DNA of 64,000 nt, taken from assembly GCA_023621995.1 (NCBI GenBank), contig JAMOAB010000031.1:11951-75950 (forward strand), in the 5' to 3' direction. Position 1 is the stretch's first letter. Every line of letters begins with the position of its first letter. Source of the DNA: Bacillota bacterium (GTDB lineage: Bacteria; Bacillota; Clostridia; Caldicoprobacterales; Xylanivirgaceae). Below the pieces are notes generated by a model. The model was given only the letters and a program-made list of their open reading frames with translations. It was not told where the DNA came from and searched no databases. Made by a program: the position numbers and the translations under genes. Of this stretch, positions 44,688-53,718 are shown piece after piece.

Positions 44688-44930
44688 GTGAATAATGATC
44701 ATGGATACATAAATCCTATTTCTCTATCTATTGCGCCGACCAATGTAGCCATAGGTAGACAATATAGCGACCTAATAGGTTCTATTGATCTTATGAAGAG
44801 AATGCAGGTAAAGGGAGTCACGGATGGATTCGAATTTCAATGCTTGGAGGAGTGGGATGAGGACGGACCACCGCGCTATGGAGTCTTTAAAATAGCCAAA
44901 GAGCATGTCTGGGAAGTTGAATGTCTATAA
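44688..44930 (+). CDS. Orphan small ORF (about 80 aa), unknown function
   Basis: GGGAGG (44673-44678) is followed by ATG 44679 (0-nt spacing) and GTG 44688 (9-nt spacing), in the same frame as the ABC fragment. The product ...NNDHGYINPISLSIAPTNVAIGRQ...EFQCLEEWDEDGPPRYGVFKIAKEHVWEVECL matches no family I recognise. Confidence 0.3.
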   Translation: MNNDHGYINPISLSIAPTNVAIGRQYSDLIGSIDLMKRMQVKGVTDGFEFQCLEEWDEDGPPRYGVFKIAKEHVWEVECL

Positions 44931-44981
44931 GTGTTGAAGTTGAATGTCTATAAGTGTTGAAGTTGAATGTCTATAAGTGTT
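44913..44981. repeat. Perfect 3 x 23-bp direct tandem repeat
   Basis: GAAGTTGAATGTCTATAAGTGTT occurs at 44913-44935, 44936-44958 and 44959-44981. The first copy contains the last five codons and the stop of the orphan ORF. Confidence 0.95.
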
Positions 44982-45134
44982 ATAGTAGTAGATCGTAGTA
45001 GACGAAATTATTATGGAACTTTTCCCTATAGATATAAATACAATATAGTAAGTATATTATAGGGGAGTGATACATGTACTTATAGAGATGGGGCCATTGC
45101 CCATATAAAAGGTGGTCCTTTAGCTCCAGACCTT

Positions 45135-45548
45135 GTGGGAACGATATTATTCGAAGAAGTAACAGGTGGGACTATGGTGAAAGTTACGGTATGTGGCCTA
45201 CCAGAATATGAGCCAGCAAAAGGCGATAAACCCCAGATAGGGCCCCATGGATTTCATATACATGAAGTTGGTTGCTGTGAAGTAGGCGATAAGGAAAACC
45301 CATTTATGAAGGCAGGGGAGCATTGGAATCCTGATAACCAGCCCCATGGAAATCACGCCGGGGATTTTCCAGTGCTATTTTCAAACAATGGCTATGCCCA
45401 TATGTGTTTTTTCACAGATAGGTTTAAGCCGTGTGATGTAGTTGGTAAGTCGGTTATAATTCACCAAAGTCCTGATGACTATAGAACTCAGCCTGCAGGC
45501 AATGCAGGGAAGCGTATTGCATGTGGAGTTATAAAAAGTTTAAAATGA
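45135..45548 (+). CDS. sodC: Cu/Zn superoxide dismutase family protein (no signal peptide); true start uncertain
   Basis: All metal ligand motifs are present: HGFHIHE, GEHWNP, PHGNHAGD, IIHQSPDD. The homologous frame is open from 45063, but the only SD-linked ATG (45074) is out of frame. Confidence 0.8.
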   Translation: MGTILFEEVTGGTMVKVTVCGLPEYEPAKGDKPQIGPHGFHIHEVGCCEVGDKENPFMKAGEHWNPDNQPHGNHAGDFPVLFSNNGYAHMCFFTDRFKPCDVVGKSVIIHQSPDDYRTQPAGNAGKRIACGVIKSLK

Positions 45549-45550
45549 AA

Positions 45551-45594
45551 CTATCTTTCATAGGCTATATGGTCATATAGCCTATGAAAGATAG
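45551..45594 (+). terminator. Intrinsic terminator after sodC
   Basis: Perfect 20-bp stem CTATCTTTCATAGGCTATAT-GGTC-ATATAGCCTATGAAAGATAG. Confidence 0.75.
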
Positions 45595-45778
45595 TGCTTT
45601 CTTCTCCGATTATACTATCATACTACACTCCTATCTATTTTGAACTTTTGATATCTACATGTGTTTTTACTATACTTAAAAATTTATCTTTTTATGGTAC
45701 GATTTCAAAGGCTTTAATAGAATTACATAGCTTAAAAGTACATTTATATAGATGGAACTATAGACAAAGAGCTATAGA

Positions 45779-48298
45779 TTAATCTATAGCTCTTATATCT
45801 TCAACTATTATATGCTTATTCATCTTCCGTAAGGGAATATATCCTGACAATAGGGCAACTAACGTTGCACCAATTGAAGATATGAGTATATATTCCCAGG
45901 GGATATGCCATTCAAATTCCTGAATATCTATTACCAGTCTGTAGAGAATGTAGGATAGGCCGGCGCCGGCCACTCCCCCATATATGGCAGCAGTGAGGCC
46001 ATAGAACAGTCCCTCTAGGGCAACCATTCGCTTTACACCACTCTGCGACATACCTACTGCTTTAAACATGGCAAGCTCCCTAGTCCTCAAAATAAGATTT
46101 GTACTTATGGTGTTTATTATATTTAGGGAGCTTATGAGAGTTATAACTGTCACAAACCCATATAGAAATATACTTATTACTATGGCAAATTTTCTGCTCT
46201 CCTGAGCCGCAGCCTCTAGGTCCCAAAATTCTATACCCATATTATTTTCCGAGAGCTCTTTGATGTAGTTGAGCACAGGCTCTTTATTGGCACCATCCTT
46301 TAGCGTAATGGCCCAGTAGTTATATGGATAGTTATCTTGTTCTGCAAAGAGCTCATCACTAGTTATAAGGTATATTCCATAATTTAAATTATATTCAAAA
46401 TCCAGAACGCCCTTTTCTACTATTCCCACTATTTTAAAAGTTTCAGTTGTATGTTTTTCATCATCTCCATAGTAGTCTACAGATATATCTATATTGTCTC
46501 CTACCTTTAACTTAGTTACAGGTAAAAGGGCATATCTCTTACTGTTTTCATTATATACATTGGAATTCTTCACAAGTATGACGCCCTTTTCCTTATTTAA
46601 AGTGTCACTGTCTACCTTGCCCTCTATTAGAAAGGGTTTTAGCACCTCTAAATTTTCATTGCCAAGTTTTATCAGGGAACTATTGGGAATTACCCTCTTT
46701 GAATCATCTTCAGAATAAGGTTCTTGCCACATTCCTTTAGTAGCGTCGTCAAACTTTGGATTTATCTTATCTTCAGGTACAATGGCAACCATGCTTTGTT
46801 CGGCAGTTCTATATATTCTATCCACTTCTTTAAAATCCTTCAGTTCCCTATAGTGTTTATCTGTCAGTAAATTTTCACTAGCAGTTCCTCCAGATCCATA
46901 TAGCCAAAAGTCAGCACTATCTTTAAAGGTGGTGGAGGTTGCCTTAAATATGAAGGATGAAAAGCTAGAGAAGACTATAAAGAGAACTATACTTATACTC
47001 ATAGAAAAAACCGTTATATTAAACCTCTTCTTATTTCGGGAGAGATTTTTATAGGCTATTTGTCCCTCGGCACCGAATAACAGCTTGGCAAGCTTACCTT
47101 TCTTTATCTTTTTAAAGCTTTCTGTCTTATAGCTTCCAGTGTTCCTCACAGCCTCTAGGGGTGATATATTAGCTGCTCTTCTGGCAGGTCCTAGGGCTGA
47201 GAGATATACTGTGATAAGGCCGATGAGGGAGCTTATAAGAAATACCATTGGATCTACTATTATGTTGAGATTATCTAGCAGTTCAAATCCCATCTTCTTT
47301 ATGAAATACATTACAACTTTCATGGCAAATACACCAGAAAATAGGCCTATGGGAATTCCTATGGCACTTAATATTAGTGCTTCTCTTATGACCATTCCCT
47401 TTATCTGTCTTGGGGTTGCACCGACAGACCTTAGCATGCCGAACTGGCTTATTCGTTCTAGCACCGATATGTTAAAGGCATTATATATTACAGCTATTGT
47501 AGCCACTATTATTATTGTTATTACAAATATGAGTATGGTTTGAAGAGCTTTATTAAAATGTGTCAAAATACTCTCCGAATATAGGCTTAAGAGCCTATTA
47601 TTATACTCTATGGGGTAGGCATAGCCTTCATCCGTCTCTATTTTTTCAAGTCCAGTATCTTCTGCTATTGCTTCACCTTTGTTTTGTACGTCTTTTATAA
47701 CTTTCATAGTAGAATATACTGTATATTCCATGTCTACCGCCATGCTAGTTGTATCTAGATATTCTATGGCAGAGGGGAAGTAGTTGGGTACCTGTTCAAA
47801 TCTAGGCTGTATAAGACCTACTATAGTATATTCTTTAGTTCCCTGTGCCTCGAAGATCTCTCCACTTTCTAGATATGCACCTGAACGGACAATATGAGTT
47901 TCTGATACCTCTTCTGCCTTGTCTGAACCTGATATAATTTTTCTCTTTCCCCGTCGAATACCCACATCTAGGGTGACCTTATCGCCAAGTTTTGGCTTTC
48001 CAGGTATAAGATCGAGGGCCCAATACTCTACTGCTATTTCACCTGGTGCCTCAGGTATTCTTCCCTCTTTTATATTTACAGGGAGCATGTCAAAGGCCCT
48101 ATTGTCATAGCCTTGAATGACGAGATAGGTATGGGGAGGAGTAAATTCATCTTCCCTCATTTTCATCTCTTCATCGGAGGTTTTTGCTATAGGAGCCACA
48201 CCTATCTCACAAGTTGTGGCAGTGTCTTCTATATTGACATTATTTTTAAGAAGGTTTACTTTTAAATATCTACCTGTTAGCTCTTTGTAGCTTTTCAT
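45779..48298 (-). CDS. ABC transporter permease, tandem FtsX/MacB-type modules
   Basis: About 839 aa with two FtsX domains (TM clusters near aa 255-370 and 715-840) and two large soluble domains. The ATG at 48298 follows GAGGTGG. The N-terminal TM helix normally found after RYLKxNKKR is not present. Confidence 0.85.
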   Translation of the reverse strand: MKSYKELTGRYLKVNLLKNNVNIEDTATTCEIGVAPIAKTSDEEMKMREDEFTPPHTYLVIQGYDNRAFDMLPVNIKEGRIPEAPGEIAVEYWALDLIPGKPKLGDKVTLDVGIRRGKRKIISGSDKAEEVSETHIVRSGAYLESGEIFEAQGTKEYTIVGLIQPRFEQVPNYFPSAIEYLDTTSMAVDMEYTVYSTMKVIKDVQNKGEAIAEDTGLEKIETDEGYAYPIEYNNRLLSLYSESILTHFNKALQTILIFVITIIIVATIAVIYNAFNISVLERISQFGMLRSVGATPRQIKGMVIREALILSAIGIPIGLFSGVFAMKVVMYFIKKMGFELLDNLNIIVDPMVFLISSLIGLITVYLSALGPARRAANISPLEAVRNTGSYKTESFKKIKKGKLAKLLFGAEGQIAYKNLSRNKKRFNITVFSMSISIVLFIVFSSFSSFIFKATSTTFKDSADFWLYGSGGTASENLLTDKHYRELKDFKEVDRIYRTAEQSMVAIVPEDKINPKFDDATKGMWQEPYSEDDSKRVIPNSSLIKLGNENLEVLKPFLIEGKVDSDTLNKEKGVILVKNSNVYNENSKRYALLPVTKLKVGDNIDISVDYYGDDEKHTTETFKIVGIVEKGVLDFEYNLNYGIYLITSDELFAEQDNYPYNYWAITLKDGANKEPVLNYIKELSENNMGIEFWDLEAAAQESRKFAIVISIFLYGFVTVITLISSLNIINTISTNLILRTRELAMFKAVGMSQSGVKRMVALEGLFYGLTAAIYGGVAGAGLSYILYRLVIDIQEFEWHIPWEYILISSIGATLVALLSGYIPLRKMNKHIIVEDIRAID

Positions 48299-48977
48299 AG
48301 CGCACCACCTCATCGGTTGTTACTTGTCCGTCTTCTATAGTTATTATCCTGTCTGCTTGGGTTGCCAACTCCAAATCATGGGTGACCATTACGACAGTTT
48401 GATGATATTTTTGGACAGAGAACTTTAATAGATTTACTATCTCCTTACTGTTTTTGCTGTCTAGATTGCCTGTAGGCTCATCTGCCAGCACTATGGAAGG
48501 GTTATATGCAAGGGCTCTACCTATGGATACCCTCTGTTGCTGTCCGCCAGAGAGCTCATTTGGAAGACGATTTTGTCTATCCCTAAGACCAAGTAGATCT
48601 ATGAGCTCTGTTATATATTCCCTATCAGGCTCCTTATGATCAAGGAGTAGGGGAAGCATTATATTCTCCTTTGCAGTGAGTACAGGGATAAGATTATAAA
48701 ACTGAAATATAAATCCTACTTTTCTCCTTCTAAACACGGCAAGTTCCTTTTCGTTTAGCGAATATATATCTATGCCGTCTACAATTACTTTTCCTGAAGT
48801 AGGTCTGTCTACTCCGCCTAAGAGATGTAGTAGTGTACTCTTGCCTGAACCACTGGGCCCTACAATGGCAACAAATTCACCTTGCGCTATAGAAATATCC
48901 ACATCTTTTAGGGCATCTACCCGTGTTATGCCTTCACCATATACTTTAGAAAGACCAGATGTCTTTACTATTTCCAT
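48270..48977 (-). CDS. ABC transporter ATP-binding protein (MacB/LolD-like)
   Basis: GPSGSGKSTLLHLLGG, LSGGQQQRVSIGRAL, LADEPTGNLD. Confidence 0.95.
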   Translation of the reverse strand: MEIVKTSGLSKVYGEGITRVDALKDVDISIAQGEFVAIVGPSGSGKSTLLHLLGGVDRPTSGKVIVDGIDIYSLNEKELAVFRRRKVGFIFQFYNLIPVLTAKENIMLPLLLDHKEPDREYITELIDLLGLRDRQNRLPNELSGGQQQRVSIGRALAYNPSIVLADEPTGNLDSKNSKEIVNLLKFSVQKYHQTVVMVTHDLELATQADRIITIEDGQVTTDEVVRYEKLQRANR

Positions 48978-49132
48978 CTATCATTACCTCCTAGTACATT
49001 TTCATCTCAAGGTGTATTATAGTATAGATATCTTACATTGGCATAAATCATATCTTACATTTTATTAAGAAATAGATGAAGGCTAGGTTTCATACTACTT
49101 ATATTTTTAAACTGCCAACTTTGGAGGATGTT

Positions 49133-50386
49133 TTATATGACTCCCCTTAAGAAGGTAATTGTAAACTTTGTACCCCATCCCTTTTTGCTCTCTAGCCATA
49201 TAGTGCCGTTTTGTTCTTCTATTATTATCTTAGCTAAGGCAAGACCAATGCCAACGCTTTCAGTTTTTACAGAGCTACTACTCCTATAGAAGCGCTTGAA
49301 TATATGGGGAAGATCTTTTTTATCTATGCCCTCTCCTGTATCTATTATATCTACTTGGCTAAATATAGGTGTATGGTTTAAGTAGATGTCTACTTTTCCA
49401 CCGTGATCAGAGTGTTCTATTGCATTTTTTATTATATTTATAAATGCCTCTCCAAGCCAGTCTTCATCTCCATATACCATGGTACCCTTTGTATCACCGA
49501 GTATGCTGACATCTAAACCTTTTTCCACTATCTTCGCATTTAGGCTGTTGAGCGCAATATGTATAGGGTATACAAGGGGAATGTAATTTTTTCTAAATTG
49601 TATAGAGCCCGATTCTAAACGGGCCATTTTTAGTAGGTTTATGGTGAGCCATTCCATTCGTTCTAGTTGAGCTTTACTCTTTTCAAGGAACTTTTGCCGG
49701 GTGAATTCATCCATCTGTTCATCTTCTAACATGAGTTCGTTAAACATAATTAGGGATGAGAGGGGAGTTTTGAGCTGATGGGATATGTCGGATATGGTAT
49801 TCTTTAAAAAGATTTTATCATCTTCTAGGGCTTGTAGGCTCAGTTTTATCCTATTTGCCATCTGGTTGAAGTTGTGGTTTAGTATGGCAAAATCGCCTCC
49901 ATCGCCTTCTGGCAGAACATGACTAAAATCGTCTTGTACAACCCTCTCAGCTACATAGGCGATATGTCGTATTTTTTCATATATGAGGGAGTATTCTCTG
50001 TGTACTACGAATATTAGCGGTATTAAGAAGAGGAGGGATATGGAGAGGATTAGAACTTTGATTTTAGGATATAGGCTTCCTAGTAAGGGCTGAAGCATTA
50101 TATCCATATGGGAGCCATAGCTATATTGTGATAGTATAGCCTTGCCCTTCTCCACGTCTGCTACCGATGCTTCATCAAGTATTATATTTACTATCTCCTC
50201 CTCATGATTGGGGTAGACTTCTATTAACTTACCTACGAGGGCGGCGTTTTGTTCTATTAAGCCTGTGTTTAGATATTTAAAACCTATATTGAGGGTTAAA
50301 AACAAAATGAGTATAAATATGATTTGGGCAAGCATAATCTTTATAAGTATTCTCCTATATTCTGGATTTCTAAGTAGATTGTCCAT
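49133..50386 (-). CDS. Sensor histidine kinase (two TM helices, HisKA plus HATPase_c)
   Basis: H-box ISHQLKTPLSS, N-box IINAIEHS, and G-boxes DTGEGI and GIGLALAK. Confidence 0.9.
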   Translation of the reverse strand: MDNLLRNPEYRRILIKIMLAQIIFILILFLTLNIGFKYLNTGLIEQNAALVGKLIEVYPNHEEEIVNIILDEASVADVEKGKAILSQYSYGSHMDIMLQPLLGSLYPKIKVLILSISLLFLIPLIFVVHREYSLIYEKIRHIAYVAERVVQDDFSHVLPEGDGGDFAILNHNFNQMANRIKLSLQALEDDKIFLKNTISDISHQLKTPLSSLIMFNELMLEDEQMDEFTRQKFLEKSKAQLERMEWLTINLLKMARLESGSIQFRKNYIPLVYPIHIALNSLNAKIVEKGLDVSILGDTKGTMVYGDEDWLGEAFINIIKNAIEHSDHGGKVDIYLNHTPIFSQVDIIDTGEGIDKKDLPHIFKRFYRSSSSVKTESVGIGLALAKIIIEEQNGTIWLESKKGWGTKFTITFLRGVI

Positions 50387-50401
50387 AGCCAGGGCTCCTT
50401 C

Positions 50402-51097
50402 CTATTGTTTGATCACATCTTTATCCCATCTATATCCTAGACCCCTAACTGTTATTATATATACAGGTTGTGCAGGATCGACTTCGATCTTCTCCCTGAG
50501 TCTTCTTATATATACAGATAGGGTATTATCGTCTACAAAGTTACCGGCACTGTCCCAGATACTTCCAAGTATTATATCTCGGGTGAGAACTTGGCGAGGA
50601 TGATCCATCAAGGTGTGGAGAAGTTTATATTCAGAAGGAGTTAAGTATATCTCTTTCCCTTCTTTTTCTACTCTCCGCTCAACTGTGTAGAGGGTTATTG
50701 TATCTGATGTCAGCGTAGATGTTATAGTGTCTACACTTGTGGATCTTCTTAGCACAGCCCTTATACGCGAGACAAGTTCCCTTACCCTAAAGGGTTTAGT
50801 GATGTAATCATCACCCCCCATATCAAGCCCCATTACAATATTGGCCTCTTCATCACAGGCAGTTAAAAAGATTATAGGAATATCCCATTGTCTTCTAATC
50901 TCTTCACATAGATCATAGCCATTACCATCTGGTAGCATTATATCGAGCACTATAAGGTCAAAACTTTCGTCCCTTAAGGCTTCACGGGCATCTTTTATAT
51001 TTTTAGTAAGGGTTACATGAAAACCTTCACCTCTTAGTGTATATTCTATACCCATAGCTAGGGCAGAATCGTCTTCTACAATGAGAATGTTTGCCAT
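50402..51097 (-). CDS. OmpR/PhoB-family response regulator
   Basis: MANILIVEDD..., LIVLDIMLPDGNG, and a winged-helix C-terminus (TVRGLGYRW). The ATG at 51097 follows AGGAGGTG. Confidence 0.93.
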   Translation of the reverse strand: MANILIVEDDSALAMGIEYTLRGEGFHVTLTKNIKDAREALRDESFDLIVLDIMLPDGNGYDLCEEIRRQWDIPIIFLTACDEEANIVMGLDMGGDDYITKPFRVRELVSRIRAVLRRSTSVDTITSTLTSDTITLYTVERRVEKEGKEIYLTPSEYKLLHTLMDHPRQVLTRDIILGSIWDSAGNFVDDNTLSVYIRRLREKIEVDPAQPVYIITVRGLGYRWDKDVIKQ

Positions 51098-51325
51098 ATT
51101 TAAACACCTCCTATGTGGCACTTTATGTAGTATTTTCTCATTTAATACGTGTATGTGTCAATGTAAAATGTGAGAAATGCAAATACTTAAGTCCAATTAT
51201 CTATGGGAAAATATCTATGTCTAGGTTGACAAGAACATAATCATAGCTAAGCTGTTGAGACAATGTTTATATAGATAGTATAAATATAGCTGCAGCTAGG
51301 GGCTGCAGCTATGCTCTAAAAACTA

Positions 51326-52060
51326 CTATTTAGTTGGAAACTTAGATCCTGCTCCCTCGTCTACAAACACAGTAACGTTTGGATGAAGCTGTAATACAGA
51401 TGCAGGAACATCTGTTGTCACAGGGCCGTATAGTGCCTTTGCCATGGCATCTGCCTTATCGGCACCTTTGGCAAGTAACACTATTTTTTTTGCATGCATT
51501 ATGGTCTTTATTCCCATAGATACTGCATGGGTGGGAACATCATCTATGGAGTCAAAGAATCTTGAATTAGCTTCTCTTGTAGAAGCGGTCAGTTCAACAA
51601 CACTGGTTATACTGTCAAATGGAGTACCAGGTTCGTTAAAACCTATATGTCCATTATGACCGATACCAAGTATCTGTATGTCTATACCGCCTACTGATTT
51701 AATCTTCTCTTCATACTCGGTACATGCCTGCTCTAGGGATTCAGACAGTCCATCAGGGATATTAATATTATCTCTTGAGATATTCACATGGTCGAATAGA
51801 TTGTCATTCATATAGGCATGGTAACTACATGGATGATCGTAGGGTATTCCCACATATTCATCTAAGTTAAAGGTTATAGCCCGGGAAAAGTCCAAACCTT
51901 CATTTTTATGCATATCTATGAGCTGTTTATACATGCCAACAGGTGTGCCACCTGTTGCTAGTCCAACCACTGTATCAGGATTCCTTCTTATATGATTGGC
52001 TAGTTCTTCAGCAGCTTTTCTATCTAGCTCCTGTTCATTAGCACATATTATAATCTTCAT
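51326..52060 (-). CDS. nagB: Glucosamine-6-phosphate deaminase
   Basis: MKIIICANEQEL...LATGGTPVGMY...FNLDEY...LGIGHNGHIGFNEPG. The ATG at 52060 follows AAGGAGG. Confidence 0.93.
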   Translation of the reverse strand: MKIIICANEQELDRKAAEELANHIRRNPDTVVGLATGGTPVGMYKQLIDMHKNEGLDFSRAITFNLDEYVGIPYDHPCSYHAYMNDNLFDHVNISRDNINIPDGLSESLEQACTEYEEKIKSVGGIDIQILGIGHNGHIGFNEPGTPFDSITSVVELTASTREANSRFFDSIDDVPTHAVSMGIKTIMHAKKIVLLAKGADKADAMAKALYGPVTTDVPASVLQLHPNVTVFVDEGAGSKFPTK

Positions 52061-52311
52061 AAATAGTACCTCCTTATATTTACCCATTATGTACTCTTCC
52101 CATTTTAACATATATCTATTGGCCTTTTCAATTATTTAGACAAAAACTAGTATAAAGTTAGTTACTTTTGTCTATTGTACTTTAATTATAAAAAAACTAC
52201 AATAGATGTAAGACTATAATATGCATAGGGTTGTCTACTTGTAAATATATATAATATATGTAGTTAAATGCATAAATGGTGGTATAATATATTAAAGGTA
52301 GATAAGAAAGG

Positions 52312-53718
52312 GTGATATGGGTGCCTTTAAATACATATATAGAAAACAGTAGAGAAGAGATTATAAGATCAGTGCAGGAGCTAATTGCCATACCCAGTGT
52401 GGGGGGCGATCCAGTGGTAGGGAAGCCCATGGGTGAAGGGCCCTATAAAGCACTAGAGTATGTGCTTGATTTAGGCAGACAGTTGGGCTTTACAGTAGGG
52501 AATATAGACGGATATGCTGGCTATGCTGAGATAGGCCAGGGTGATGAGACCATGGCCATACTGGCTCATCTGGATGTGGTACCTGCAGGAGATGATTGGA
52601 CATATCCTCCGTTTGGCGGTGAGATCCATGGCGGAAAGATATATGGTCGAGGGGCTATAGACAATAAAGGGCCAACTATTGGTGCCATGTATGCCATGAA
52701 GGCGGTGTTAGAGTCTGGAATTCCCCTAAACAAAAAGGTTCGTATAATATTTGGTACCGACGAGGAGAGTGGATGGAGGGGTATTAAACACTATCTAAAA
52801 GTACAGCCTATGCCTGATTTTGGAATAGTGCCTGATGCCAACTATCCAGTTATACATGCTGAAAAGGGTATTTTGACGATAGCCTTTAAAAAGGACTTTA
52901 GCGGTGAGGAGGTATCATCTAATATAGAATATATAAAAGGTGGCAATAGAGAGAATATGGTGCCCGACAGGTGCACGTGTTCTTTTGTAAGTAAGCGAGA
53001 CAGTGATAAGATACTTACCCACTTAAATACTTTTAAAGAGTATGCCAAATATAATATGAAGGCTGATTTTGTACCAGTAGATAGAAAGCTTCTCGTAGAG
53101 TCTATTGGTCAAAGTGCCCACGGTAGTACTCCTGAGTTGGGGGTAAATGCAATAGGGCAGATGCTTGCCTTTTTATGTACACTGGGCCTAGGTGAGAGCC
53201 CTATGGAAGACTTTATAATGTTCTTAAACAACAAGATAGGTATGGAATATGATGGAAGACAGTTGGGTATAGACATGGAGGATGACGTATCGGGAGCTCT
53301 TACGGCCAATTTAGGAGTTGTAGATATAGATAGGGAGAGGGGCAGGGCCCTTGTAAATATTCGATATCCCGTCACATATGAGTTAGATCAGGTTATGGAA
53401 AATATCTATAAGAAGGCCAAGGAATGTGATGTAGATGTGGAGATAGTAGGCCACAATCCTCCCCTATATGTGCCTAAGGATGATCCCCTTATCAAAAAGC
53501 TCATTACAATATATAAGGATATGACAGGCGAGACGGTAGAGCCCATTACAACGGGTGGAGGTACATATGCTCGGGCCCTTGACTATGCAGTTGCCTTTGG
53601 TGCCCAATTTCCAGGTAGGCCCGACCTTGCCCATCAAAAGGATGAGTATATAGAAATAGAAGATCTCATATTGCATACAAAGATATATGCACGGGCAATA
53701 GCAGAGCTGGCAAGATAA
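52312..53718 (+). CDS. pepV: Dipeptidase PepV (M20 family)
   Basis: LAHLDVVPAGD, YGRGAIDNKGP, GTDEESG, and the C-terminal GGGTYAR. The start is GTG 52312 or GTG 52321. Confidence 0.88.
   Translation: MIWVPLNTYIENSREEIIRSVQELIAIPSVGGDPVVGKPMGEGPYKALEYVLDLGRQLGFTVGNIDGYAGYAEIGQGDETMAILAHLDVVPAGDDWTYPPFGGEIHGGKIYGRGAIDNKGPTIGAMYAMKAVLESGIPLNKKVRIIFGTDEESGWRGIKHYLKVQPMPDFGIVPDANYPVIHAEKGILTIAFKKDFSGEEVSSNIEYIKGGNRENMVPDRCTCSFVSKRDSDKILTHLNTFKEYAKYNMKADFVPVDRKLLVESIGQSAHGSTPELGVNAIGQMLAFLCTLGLGESPMEDFIMFLNNKIGMEYDGRQLGIDMEDDVSGALTANLGVVDIDRERGRALVNIRYPVTYELDQVMENIYKKAKECDVDVEIVGHNPPLYVPKDDPLIKKLITIYKDMTGETVEPITTGGGTYARALDYAVAFGAQFPGRPDLAHQKDEYIEIEDLILHTKIYARAIAELAR

Noticed and set aside
44913-44981. 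Considered whether the 23-bp repeats are a mini CRISPR array
   Set aside because: The repeats are directly adjacent with no spacers, no cas genes are in the window, and the unit is not palindromic.
45594-45782. 62-aa plus-strand ORF between sodC and the ABC permease
   Set aside because: It starts inside the sodC terminator hairpin, ends inside the permease terminator palindrome (45767-45794), and has no RBS. It lies in an intergenic region between convergent units.
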